From the NCBI GenBank assembly GCA_017397075.1, contig JAFQKD010000081.1, forward strand, positions 1-48,407: 48,407 nucleotides of DNA, read 5' to 3'. A program made the translations under genes and the position numbers. Shown piece after piece: positions 35,274 through 43,479 of this stretch. This DNA is from Oscillospiraceae bacterium (GTDB lineage Bacteria > Bacillota > Clostridia > Oscillospirales > Oscillospiraceae). Positions within the stretch are counted from its first letter, which is position 1; each line of letters begins with the position of its first letter. A model generated the notes under the pieces. The model saw only the letters and a list, made by a program, of their open reading frames with translations, did not search any database and was not told the origin of the DNA.

Positions 35274-35407
35274 TATATCAATCCCTCAGTCACCTGCGGT
35301 GACAGCTCCCTTTACACAAGGGAGCCTATTTGATAGACAGTGATTTGTGAATTTCTGCTTATAACCGAATACCAACGGAGATCGCAATGTTATCTTTTTG
35401 ACAAGCT

Positions 35408-35437
35408 GAAAGGAGAGCCATCGGCTCTCCTTTCTTT
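35408..35437 (+). terminator. Intrinsic terminator (contains boundary repeat copy 2, 35410-35431)
   Basis: 12-bp stem GAAAGGAGAGCC / GGCTCTCCTTTC with a 3-nt loop, followed by TTTATAT on the + strand. Abuts the stop of the - strand Sir2 gene, where the downstream flank is not U-rich. Confidence 0.6.
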
Positions 35438-36158
35438 ATATGTTGATCTTGGAAAACACGTCCCCAAGCTTTTCCGTAAACAGCAGATCTGCCGCGCTGT
35501 CATAGCTTGTGGGACTTTTGTTGATGAGCACGAGCCGCTTCCCCCGGTAATACCGCAGAAGTCCGGCCGCAGGATACACCACAAGAGAGGTACCGCCCAC
35601 AATGAGCATATCCGCATTCCGAATGGCATCCACCGCACCCTGCACCACATCGTCCTCCAGCATTTCACCGTACATGACGATATCCGGGCGGATCACCCCG
35701 CCGCAGCCGCATCGGGGAGTGCCCGCGCAGTTCATATGGCCGATCCCCGAAAACCGCTTTCCGCAGGATACACAGTGATTGCGAAACAGAGAGCCGTGAA
35801 GCTCCCAGACCTGACGGCTTCCCGCCTTTTGGTGGAGCCCGTCAATATTCTGGGTCACGATGCCCGCAAGATGCCCCGCTTTTTCCAAGGCGGCAAGCTT
35901 TTCATGGGTCACATTCGGCTTTGCATCGTCCACCATGAGCTTTTCCCGGTAAAAACGGTAGAAGGTATCCGGATCCCGGCGGAAGAAATCACAGCTTAAG
36001 ATCTCCTCCGGCGGCACATCGTAATGCTGATTATACAGTCCGTCCTGACTGCGGAAATCGGGAATTCCGCTTTCCGTGCTGACGCCCGCGCCCCCGAAAA
36101 ACACAGCGCTGCGGCTTTCCTCCAGCCAGCGCTGCAGAAGCTTTATGTTCTCCTCCAC
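35436..36158 (-). CDS. cobB: NAD-dependent protein deacylase, Sir2 family (CobB-type)
   Basis: GAGVSTESGIPDFRS, zinc ribbon CVSCGKRF...CGCGG, IRPDIVMYGE. Confidence 0.9.
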   Translation of the reverse strand: MEENIKLLQRWLEESRSAVFFGGAGVSTESGIPDFRSQDGLYNQHYDVPPEEILSCDFFRRDPDTFYRFYREKLMVDDAKPNVTHEKLAALEKAGHLAGIVTQNIDGLHQKAGSRQVWELHGSLFRNHCVSCGKRFSGIGHMNCAGTPRCGCGGVIRPDIVMYGEMLEDDVVQGAVDAIRNADMLIVGGTSLVVYPAAGLLRYYRGKRLVLINKSPTSYDSAADLLFTEKLGDVFSKINI

Positions 36159-36161
36159 AGC

Positions 36162-37277
36162 TCAAAGCTCCCTGAGATCCACGGTGAAAAGATCCGCGCC
36201 GCGAACATTGTCCGCATAGCTCACCGTTGCGATGATATAGAGCTTCCCGTCATATTCCCAGCAGCCCGGATAGTGACAGGCATAGGAAGTCTCTTCCGCA
36301 GCACCCCGGGTCTCTTTCTGCGCGGCATCAAAGACAAGCAGCTCCTTGGTGAAGCAAAGCTTCTCCCCTTCCGTCACATAGAGCATCAGCTTCGAGCGGT
36401 CAAACCGCTCCGTATTGCACACCAGATAATGCCGTCCGTCAGAAAGCTCCCCACAGTAGATCTTGGAATTCACATAGGGAATATCGTGGGCATGGACAGC
36501 GCTCCAGCTTTCCCCCATATCCTCTGAGATATACACCAGCGGAATGCGGGATTCATCGTTCCGACAGAACATCCAGAGCTTCCCTTCCGCAAGGATGACG
36601 GAGATCTCCGGATGCACAAGCTTCTTTCCGTCTGCAAGGTCGCCGTTTTCCGCGATCTTCACAAGCCGCCATTCGTCATCTGCCCTGCCGCTGTCGGAGA
36701 TCAGCACAGCCGGAGTATTGGGGAAGCCGTCAAGCTCGCCCACCCGCCCGGGCAGCAGAAGCTTTCCGTTGGGAAGTGCCACGGCGTTGGTATTCAGCTT
36801 GAAGGGAACGGGTCTTGACCAGAGAAGCTCAAAGCTCCCCGTTTCGTTGTTGAGAATGTAGAGATCCAGCGAATGGATATGATCGGGAGCCACCATCTGG
36901 TTTACGAACATATAGAGCCTGTCCTCCGCCACCGCATACACGGGCGGGCAGTAAAGGATCTTCCCGCTTCTGTCCTCGCAGAGGATCTCAAGGTCGCTCC
37001 ATGTTTTTCCGCCGTCCGTGGAGCGCTTGCCGCAGATGGGGGTATACCCCTGCAGCTCCTTCACGGGACAGTTGTACCATGAGGCATAGAGCACCCCGCG
37101 GTACTCGGCAATGGCTGCCTCATGGAGAAACTTTGTTGTTTCATCGGGCATGAATACCGTGCAGGCGGAAAGGCATTTCCGGTCGGCCTTCTGCATTTCC
37201 GGGTGCAGAAAAGAGACAAAGGGTGTTTTTTCTGCCGTCACACGGTCTTCCGCGGTATAAAACGGGTGCATAAACAT
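36162..37277 (-). CDS. BNR/Asp-box beta-propeller protein, sialidase (GH33)-like, no signal peptide
   Basis: Asp-boxes STDGGKTWS and SEDMGESWS. ORF extends to 37337, but the ATG at 37277 follows GGGAGGAAAACC. Confidence 0.7.
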   Translation of the reverse strand: MFMHPFYTAEDRVTAEKTPFVSFLHPEMQKADRKCLSACTVFMPDETTKFLHEAAIAEYRGVLYASWYNCPVKELQGYTPICGKRSTDGGKTWSDLEILCEDRSGKILYCPPVYAVAEDRLYMFVNQMVAPDHIHSLDLYILNNETGSFELLWSRPVPFKLNTNAVALPNGKLLLPGRVGELDGFPNTPAVLISDSGRADDEWRLVKIAENGDLADGKKLVHPEISVILAEGKLWMFCRNDESRIPLVYISEDMGESWSAVHAHDIPYVNSKIYCGELSDGRHYLVCNTERFDRSKLMLYVTEGEKLCFTKELLVFDAAQKETRGAAEETSYACHYPGCWEYDGKLYIIATVSYADNVRGADLFTVDLREL

Positions 37278-37298
37278 GGTTTTCCTCCCTGTAAAACG

Positions 37299-37330
37299 GC
37301 GGGCGGTCCTTTTTGCAAAGTACCGCCCGC
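37299..37330 (-). terminator. Intrinsic terminator after guaB
   Basis: On the - strand: GCGGGCGGT...ACCGCCCGC followed by CGTTTTA. Confidence 0.75.
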
Positions 37331-37343
37331 GCTTCATTATTGT

Positions 37344-38852
37344 TTACTTTTTGCCTGCAACGGCGTTTTCCTTCAGGATAACGTCGTGTGCGCCGCCTTC
37401 CACGATGGAAGTCGCGGAAACGAGAGTGATCTTGGCATTCTGCTGCAGATCGGGAATGTTCAGAACGCCCACATTGCACATGGTGGAGCGGACCTTGGAG
37501 AGCGTGAGGGCCACGTTGTCGTGCATTGCGCCGGCGTAAGGAACGTAGGAATCCACGCCCTCTTCAAAGCTCAGCTTGGCTGCGCCGCCCATATCGTACC
37601 GCTGCCAGTTTCTGGCGCGGGCACTGCCTTCGCCCCAGTACTCCTTCATGAAGCTGCCGCCGATGGACACCTTGTTGGAGGGGCTTTCGTCAAACCGTGC
37701 AAAGTAACGGCCCAGCATCAGGAAATCCGCACCCATGGCAAGAGCCAGAGTCATGTGGTAATCGTGAACGATACCGCCGTCGGAGCAGATGGGAATGTAG
37801 ATGCCGGTCTCTTCGAAGTACTTGTCCCGCTCACGGGCGACCTCGATGACTGCGGTGGCCTGACCGCGGCCGATACCCTTCTGCTCACGGGTGATGCAGA
37901 TGGAGCCGCCGCCGATACCGACCTTGATGAAGTCTGCCCCTGCTTCGGCAAGGAAGCGGAAGCCTTCACCGTCCACCACATTGCCCGCGCCGATCTTCAC
38001 GCTGTCGCCGTAGGTCTTGCGGACCCACTGCAGCGTGCGGCGCTGCCATTCGGAGTATCCCTCGGAAGAATCGATGCAGAGAACATCGGCGCCCGCTTCG
38101 ATGAGAGCGGGGATGCGCTGTTCGTAGTCACGGGTGTTGACACCTGCGCCCACAACATACTTCTTGTGACCGTCCAGAAGCTCCAGGGGGTTTTCCTTAT
38201 GGGAATCATAGTCCTTGCGGAACACGAAGCAGGAAAGGCTGCCGTCCTTCTCCACCAGGGGAAGGGCGTTGATCTTATGATCCCAGATGATATCGTTGGC
38301 TTCCTTCAGGGTAGTGCCCACAGGAGCGGTGATAAGCTTTTCCAGAGGCGTCATGAAGGAGGAGACCTTCTCCTCCCCGGTCATACGGGTCACGCGATAA
38401 TCACGGCGGGTCACAATACCCAGCAGCTTCCCGTTGGGCTTGCCGTCATGGGTAACGGCAATGGTGGAATGCCCGGTACGCTCTGTCATTTCCAGAACAT
38501 CCTTCAGAGTATCCTCCGGAGAAAGGTTGGAATCGCTGACCACAAAGCCGGCCTTGTATGCCTTTGCGCGGGCAACCATGGCCGCCTGACTTTCGATGGA
38601 CTGAGAGACAAAAATGAAGGAAACGCCGCCCTCCTTGGCAAGCGAGACCGCCATATTGTCATCGGAGACCGCCTGCATCACAGCAGAGGTCATGGGAATA
38701 TTCATGGAAATGGCGGGTTCTTCCCCCTTGCGGAACTTCACCAGGGGCGTCTTCAGACTCACGTTTGCAGGTACACAGTCAACGCCGGAATATCCCGGGA
38801 TGAGCAGGTACTCACTGAAAGTATGCGACGGCTCTTCGTAAATAAATGCCAT
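37344..38852 (-). CDS. guaB: IMP dehydrogenase (CBS-domain-containing form)
   Basis: 502 aa. Catalytic loop [12 protein letters not shown], the SDGGI motif, and a CBS pair in the N-terminal third. GGGAGG 7 nt upstream of the ATG. Confidence 0.9.
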   Translation of the reverse strand: MAFIYEEPSHTFSEYLLIPGYSGVDCVPANVSLKTPLVKFRKGEEPAISMNIPMTSAVMQAVSDDNMAVSLAKEGGVSFIFVSQSIESQAAMVARAKAYKAGFVVSDSNLSPEDTLKDVLEMTERTGHSTIAVTHDGKPNGKLLGIVTRRDYRVTRMTGEEKVSSFMTPLEKLITAPVGTTLKEANDIIWDHKINALPLVEKDGSLSCFVFRKDYDSHKENPLELLDGHKKYVVGAGVNTRDYEQRIPALIEAGADVLCIDSSEGYSEWQRRTLQWVRKTYGDSVKIGAGNVVDGEGFRFLAEAGADFIKVGIGGGSICITREQKGIGRGQATAVIEVARERDKYFEETGIYIPICSDGGIVHDYHMTLALAMGADFLMLGRYFARFDESPSNKVSIGGSFMKEYWGEGSARARNWQRYDMGGAAKLSFEEGVDSYVPYAGAMHDNVALTLSKVRSTMCNVGVLNIPDLQQNAKITLVSATSIVEGGAHDVILKENAVAGKK

Positions 38853-38872
38853 TTGCGATCCTCCCTTTCTTT

Positions 38873-39042
38873 AGGCTGAGTGGTATCATCCAAATCCGCC
38901 TGAGCGGGTGTCTGACCCGCGAGGCCGTCCTGAGGCAAGGCACCGCCTTGCAGATGGGCTGCCGCCCCTCAAAAGGCGGTAACGCAGCATCGGGGCGGTC
39001 TCGCGGTTCAGAAACGGTTTGGGATAATACCGCGCTCAGCCT
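38873..39042 (-). promoter_or_regulatory. Structured 5' leader of guaB; riboswitch candidate, class not recognised
   Basis: Closing helix: 39042-39022 pairs with 38891-38873 (18 bp with bulges). Inner helix: 39006-39000 / 38923-38917. Hairpins at 38962-38998 and 38935-38951. Possible pseudoknot CCGCCT (hairpin loop) with AGGCGG (3' joiner). The RBS begins 7 nt after the closing helix. Confidence 0.5.
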
Positions 39043-39066
39043 AATCAAACAAATTATATTTTTGAT

Positions 39067-39095
39067 ATTGTATGGATTTTCTCCGTTTCTGTCAA
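39067..39095 (-). promoter_or_regulatory. Sigma-A-type promoter for the guaB leader
   Basis: On the - strand: TTGACA, 17-nt spacer, TACAAT. Predicted TSS is about 20 nt upstream of the closing helix. Confidence 0.65.
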
Positions 39096-39136
39096 TGGTA
39101 AACATCCACAAAATTCCGCCGAAAATGAGCGGATTT

Positions 39137-40729
39137 TTATCCAAACAGTTTTTTCTTTTCCCGGATGAGCGCTTCCGCGCAGCGAAGGCCGTCCACTGCG
39201 GCGGAAATGATGCCCCCGGCATAGCCTGCGCCTTCTCCGCAGGGATAAAGTCCCTCCAGCGCAGAAACACAGGCTTCACTGCGCAGGATCCGCAGGGGCG
39301 AAGAGCTTCTAGTCTCCGGTGCGGTCATCACCGCCTGCGCATCATCAAAGCCCCGAAGCTGCCGTCCCAGAACAGGCAGTGCCTCTTCCAATGTCCCCGT
39401 AATGATCTTCGGCAGCACACGGTGCAGATCTGTCCACACCACACCGGGAAGATAGGTGGGCTTTACCCGTCCCGGGCCGCTCGAAGGCTCACCGCGGAGA
39501 AAATCGCCCACAAGCTGTGCCGGCGCTTTATAGCTTTCCCCGGCTGCGCGGAAGGCTTTTTGCTCAAGCTCCCGCTGCCAGTAAACGCCGCCCATTGCCC
39601 CGGGATAGGGGAAGCTTTCCGGGGCTACCGCCACAAGAAGAGCGGAATTTGCATTCTCCCCGCTTCTTCCGGAATAGCTCATGCCGTTTGTACAGACGCC
39701 CCCCGCTTCGGAGGCTGCCGCCATCACATAGCCGCCGGGACACATGCAGAACGTATAGGCGCTGCCGCCGCCCGGCAGATGGCAGGATAATTTATAGGGC
39801 GCTGCGCCAAGGCTCTTCATGCCGCCGAATGCGCCGTACTGGGCGGCATCGATCTCCTTCTGCAGATGCTCGATGCGCACACCCATGGAAAATGCCTTGG
39901 GCTCCATGGGGATCCTTGCCGCCTGCAGCATTTCAAAGGTATCTCTCGCGCTGTGACCCACAGCAAGGATCATTCCGCTGCAGGGGATCTCTCCGTTTTC
40001 GGTCACCGCAGCGGCAAGTACACCGCCTTCGATCTTCAGCCCCGTAAGCTTTTCCCCGAAGCGGATCTCACCGCCCAGAGAAATGATCTCCTCCCGAATG
40101 GCCTTCACCACGTGCACCAGCACATCCGTTCCCACATGGGGCATGGCATCGGTAAGGATCCTCTCTCCTGCGCCAAAGGCCGCAAACTGCTCCAGCACCC
40201 AGCGGCTTCTTGGACCGGACACCCCGGAGTGGAGCTTGCCGTCGGAAAATGTCCCGGCGCCGCCCTCACCGAACTGCACATTGGATTCCGGGTCAAGGAT
40301 GCCCTCTTCCCGAAAGCGCCTGACTGCCTTTGTCCGCGCCTCCACAGGCTCTCCCCGCTCCAGAACGACGGGGTTTGCCCCGGCTCTTGCCAGAACCAGC
40401 GCCGCAAACATCCCCGCAGGACCGAAACCAACCACAACAGGCCGCTTTTCTCCCTGCCATGGGCCCTTTTCCGGCACATAGACCGGACCGTTTTCCGGCG
40501 CAGCGGAAACGCCCCGCCGGGTCAGATACTTACCCTCACCGGAAACAGCAATATCCACGGTGTAAATGAGCCGCACATCCTGCTTTTTCCGTGCGTCGAT
40601 GCTTCGCCGCAGGACCTTAAGCTCCCAGATATCTCCCGCGTCTATGCCAAGCACCTTTGCCGCAGCACGCTTCAGCGCTTCCGGGGAATCCTTCCGGGGC
40701 TGAAGGGAAATGTCACGAAGTCTCAGCAT
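39137..40729 (-). CDS. FAD-dependent oxidoreductase, COG2509 family (function unknown)
   Basis: ORF extends to 40837. ATG at 40729 follows GAGGTGA. Starts MLRLRDISLQP..., then LRRSIDARKK, then the dinucleotide fold VVVGFGPAGMFAAL. Confidence 0.8.
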   Translation of the reverse strand: MLRLRDISLQPRKDSPEALKRAAAKVLGIDAGDIWELKVLRRSIDARKKQDVRLIYTVDIAVSGEGKYLTRRGVSAAPENGPVYVPEKGPWQGEKRPVVVGFGPAGMFAALVLARAGANPVVLERGEPVEARTKAVRRFREEGILDPESNVQFGEGGAGTFSDGKLHSGVSGPRSRWVLEQFAAFGAGERILTDAMPHVGTDVLVHVVKAIREEIISLGGEIRFGEKLTGLKIEGGVLAAAVTENGEIPCSGMILAVGHSARDTFEMLQAARIPMEPKAFSMGVRIEHLQKEIDAAQYGAFGGMKSLGAAPYKLSCHLPGGGSAYTFCMCPGGYVMAAASEAGGVCTNGMSYSGRSGENANSALLVAVAPESFPYPGAMGGVYWQRELEQKAFRAAGESYKAPAQLVGDFLRGEPSSGPGRVKPTYLPGVVWTDLHRVLPKIITGTLEEALPVLGRQLRGFDDAQAVMTAPETRSSSPLRILRSEACVSALEGLYPCGEGAGYAGGIISAAVDGLRCAEALIREKKKLFG

Positions 40730-40733
40730 TCCG

Positions 40734-41933
40734 TCACCTCGCTGCGGATAGCCCCGCAGCTCTGCCGCTGCTCCAGGCCCACTGCAGATTATACCCGCCG
40801 CAGTCGCCGTCAACATCCAGCACCTCGCCGCAGGCAAAAAGTCCCGGCACGAGGCGGCTTTCCAGGGTCACCGGGTCAAAATCCCGGGTGCGGATGCCCC
40901 CGGCTGTGACCTGTGCCCCATCAAAGCCCATGTTCCCCGTAATTTCAAAGCGGAAATCCTTTGCCGCCGCAGCAAGACGGGAGATATCCCTGTCCCGCAA
41001 TCCGGAAAGCGGCACACTCTCCCCGATACCCACGGATTTTGCCACAACTCTGCCAAGTCTTCCGTGGAGCATACCGGCAAAAATCTCCGCCACGGTCATC
41101 TCCCCAAGCGCCTTCACCCTTGCGGAAAGCAGGGCGCAGACCTCTCCCCGGGAGTATTCCCGGAAAAGATCCAGCGAGACCTCCATCCCCGGCTTTGCCC
41201 CCCGGGAAATTTCAAACACTGCGGGGCCGCTCAGTCCGTATTCCGTAAACTGCACTTCTCCCGCGTTTTTTGCAACGCGCTCATTTCCCCGGCGGATCTC
41301 CACCCCGGCATCCGCCCGGATACCCTTGAGCGACCTGCCCAAGGTCCCCGCCGTTTTCAGCTGCACAAGAGAGGGCTGCAGGGTCGTCGTCTTATGTCCG
41401 AAGGTCTCCAGAAGATCATAGCCCCATTTTCCGCCCCCGAGCTTTGCCCCCGCAGCACCGCCGCAGGCAACGATAAGCCGCCCGGCAAAAAGCGTGCCCT
41501 CCTGCCATTTCAGCAGAAAGCCGCCCTTTTCCCGCTTCACCGCATCCACATGCACGCCGCAGCGCACCTCCACCCCGGCACTTTCCAGCCCGAGGCGCAG
41601 AACATCCACAACGCTTGCCGCCTGATCGGACAGGGGATAGACCCTGCCCCCGGGTTCCGTCACCGTGAGCAGTCCCATTAAGCGGAAATACCGCAGCGTC
41701 TCTTCGGGAGCAAAGGCGGACAGGGCCTTTCGCGCAAAGGCGGCATCCCCGTGATACCTTCCCTCAAGACCGGATAGATTTGTCAGATTGCAGCGGCCGT
41801 TTCCCGTTGCCGCAAGCTTCCGCCCCAGACGTGCCTGCCGCTCCAGCAGCACAACGTGCACCCCGGGTGTTTCCGCTGCGGCCAGCGCTGCCATCATCCC
41901 GGCGGCGCCGCCACCCAGCACTGCAATAGTCAT
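40734..41933 (-). CDS. HI0933/BaiN-like flavoprotein (aminoacetone-oxidase-family FAD enzyme)
   Basis: IAVLGGGAAGMMAA...ATGNGRCNLTN is the family signature. Confidence 0.85.
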   Translation of the reverse strand: MTIAVLGGGAAGMMAALAAAETPGVHVVLLERQARLGRKLAATGNGRCNLTNLSGLEGRYHGDAAFARKALSAFAPEETLRYFRLMGLLTVTEPGGRVYPLSDQAASVVDVLRLGLESAGVEVRCGVHVDAVKREKGGFLLKWQEGTLFAGRLIVACGGAAGAKLGGGKWGYDLLETFGHKTTTLQPSLVQLKTAGTLGRSLKGIRADAGVEIRRGNERVAKNAGEVQFTEYGLSGPAVFEISRGAKPGMEVSLDLFREYSRGEVCALLSARVKALGEMTVAEIFAGMLHGRLGRVVAKSVGIGESVPLSGLRDRDISRLAAAAKDFRFEITGNMGFDGAQVTAGGIRTRDFDPVTLESRLVPGLFACGEVLDVDGDCGGYNLQWAWSSGRAAGLSAAR

Positions 41934-42053
41934 CTTCTGCGTCCTTCCTCTTGCGTAAAATGTTCCATATTATATATACTGTATCATATAAGTGCTTTCC
42001 GGGCAAGAAAAACCGTAACGATATTTTTATTTTGAGAAATTTCGTCTGCACTC

Positions 42054-42081
42054 TTGAATTTTTCCGCACAGATTGTATAAT
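42054..42081 (+). promoter_or_regulatory. Sigma-A-type promoter (extended -10) for the transporter pair
   Basis: TTGAAT, 16-nt spacer, TG-TATAAT. Confidence 0.65.
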
Positions 42082-42114
42082 CATGAAAACACCACAATGA
42101 TGACGGAGGGCGCC

Positions 42115-43446
42115 ATGGCATCACTGAGAGAAAAAATCCGTTCAAGCCGTTTCTGTTATCTGTATAATGTAAGGGACAGCCGTGCCAAGGGACGGCTCGT
42201 GCTTTTGTCTTCAAGTTCCGTTGTGGCACTGGCAAACGCTCTGACCACAGGACTTTTCTATACCACATTTCTCATCAACAACGGCATTAACCTTGTCAAC
42301 ATCTCCATTCTGACCTTTGTGCCCTATATCGCAAGCTGCTTCTCCATTTTTACGCCCACCATTCTGGAACGGCTTCCGAAACGAAAATGGATCCTTGCAG
42401 CCGGACGGTTGGGTTATTACTTATTCTTCATGCTGGGTGTCACGGTTATCCCAAAGATCGTAGAGGATCAGTCGCTGAAAACCATCCTCTTCGTTGCCAC
42501 CGTGTTCATCGGGCACATCCTCAGTGCGATCTCCAACAGCGGCTACACCTCCTGGCACATCAACTTCCTGCCGGAGGATGTGCGTGCGGAGCATTTCGGC
42601 ATCAACAGCGCCGTGAGCAGCACCGTGGGTCTCGGCTTCGGCGTGCTGTTCTGCCTCATTGCCGACGCTTTTGCCGGTCACCCCAACGAAGCGATGGTCA
42701 TTGAGATCTTCCGCTATGTGGGCATCGGCTTCGGTCTTCTGGACGTATTCCTGCTGACCCGTCCGGATGAATATCCCTATGAAAAAACGCAGGATCGTCC
42801 CAAGTTCCGGGATGTGTTCGTAAAGCCCATCCAAAACAAAAAGTTCCTTGGATGCATCCTTGCCGGCGCCTCATGGACCTTTGTGTGCAATCTGCCCGGC
42901 GGTGTGCTGAACTATTATCTTCTGGAAAATCTGGGACTTAAGTACACCTACATACAGGTCATCAATGTGATCTACCCGCTCATCATCATGATGTGCCTGA
43001 TCCCCTGCCGCCGCACCATCAAAAAGTACGGCTGGATCGGCACCTTTGCCATGGGCGCCATGATGGTGGGTCTGTCCAATATGCTCTACAGCTTCACCAC
43101 CCCTGCAAACTATATGATCCTTTACCCCATCGTGCGGATCCTGCAGCATGTTCTGGGCGCCCACTTCACCGATACTCCCGCAAACAACATGGCATATCTG
43201 AACCTGCCCAATGAGGACAGAACAAATTACATGTCCTTTAATGTGCTCGTGGCCAATATTGCCGCATTCCTCGGCGTAATGTGCGGCACATGGTTTGTGG
43301 CACTGGCACCGGATTTCACCATGAATATCTTCGGCATATCCTTTGGTCACTGCCAGACGCTCCTTCTGGCAAACGGCATCGGTCAGATCGTGCTCTCTCT
43401 GGTACTGTTCAGGAACAAGAACAGGCTGACTCCCAAGGAACCCTGA
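42115..43446 (+). CDS. MFS-type (GPH-like?) 12-TM transporter, paralogue 1
   Basis: ORF starts at 42073 (TTG). ATG at 42115 follows GGAGGG. Clearly homologous along its whole length to the next gene. Confidence 0.75.
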   Translation: MASLREKIRSSRFCYLYNVRDSRAKGRLVLLSSSSVVALANALTTGLFYTTFLINNGINLVNISILTFVPYIASCFSIFTPTILERLPKRKWILAAGRLGYYLFFMLGVTVIPKIVEDQSLKTILFVATVFIGHILSAISNSGYTSWHINFLPEDVRAEHFGINSAVSSTVGLGFGVLFCLIADAFAGHPNEAMVIEIFRYVGIGFGLLDVFLLTRPDEYPYEKTQDRPKFRDVFVKPIQNKKFLGCILAGASWTFVCNLPGGVLNYYLLENLGLKYTYIQVINVIYPLIIMMCLIPCRRTIKKYGWIGTFAMGAMMVGLSNMLYSFTTPANYMILYPIVRILQHVLGAHFTDTPANNMAYLNLPNEDRTNYMSFNVLVANIAAFLGVMCGTWFVALAPDFTMNIFGISFGHCQTLLLANGIGQIVLSLVLFRNKNRLTPKEP

Positions 43447-43479
43447 CGGAATACTGCACAACCGGACGGAGGTACTCCT

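Larger units (their letters stand above)
34867..35407 (+). ncRNA. Candidate ~0.54-kb highly structured RNA, or a non-autonomous repeat element (class unknown)
   Basis: No credible ORF. At least 7 strong hairpins: 34928-34947 (GCAA loop), 35058-35069 (UUCG loop), 35107-35141, 35169-35201, 35213-35242, 35289-35303 and 35305-35325. The tetraloops are canonical only on the + strand. Confidence 0.4.

Noticed and set aside
35082-35333. 83-aa ORF inside the hairpin-rich spacer, and a 39-aa ATG ORF at 34872-34991
   Set aside because: Neither has an RBS. The reading frames run straight through successive perfect hairpins. The sequence is low-complexity and the 83-aa ORF has a non-ATG start. They are more parsimoniously non-coding.
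34422-36158. NUDIX plus SIR2 adjacency as a possible anti-phage defence pair
   Set aside because: Both are small canonical housekeeping forms: a MutT-type Nudix box, and a CobB-type Sir2 with a zinc ribbon. They are convergently oriented, with no effector, sensor or HerA/TIR/STING-like partner.
38893-38912. CCGCCTGAGCGGG resembling the ZTP riboswitch CCGCCUGGGC element
   Set aside because: It reads that way only on the + strand, which is the wrong strand for the guaB leader. No matching 5' ZTP sub-domain was seen.
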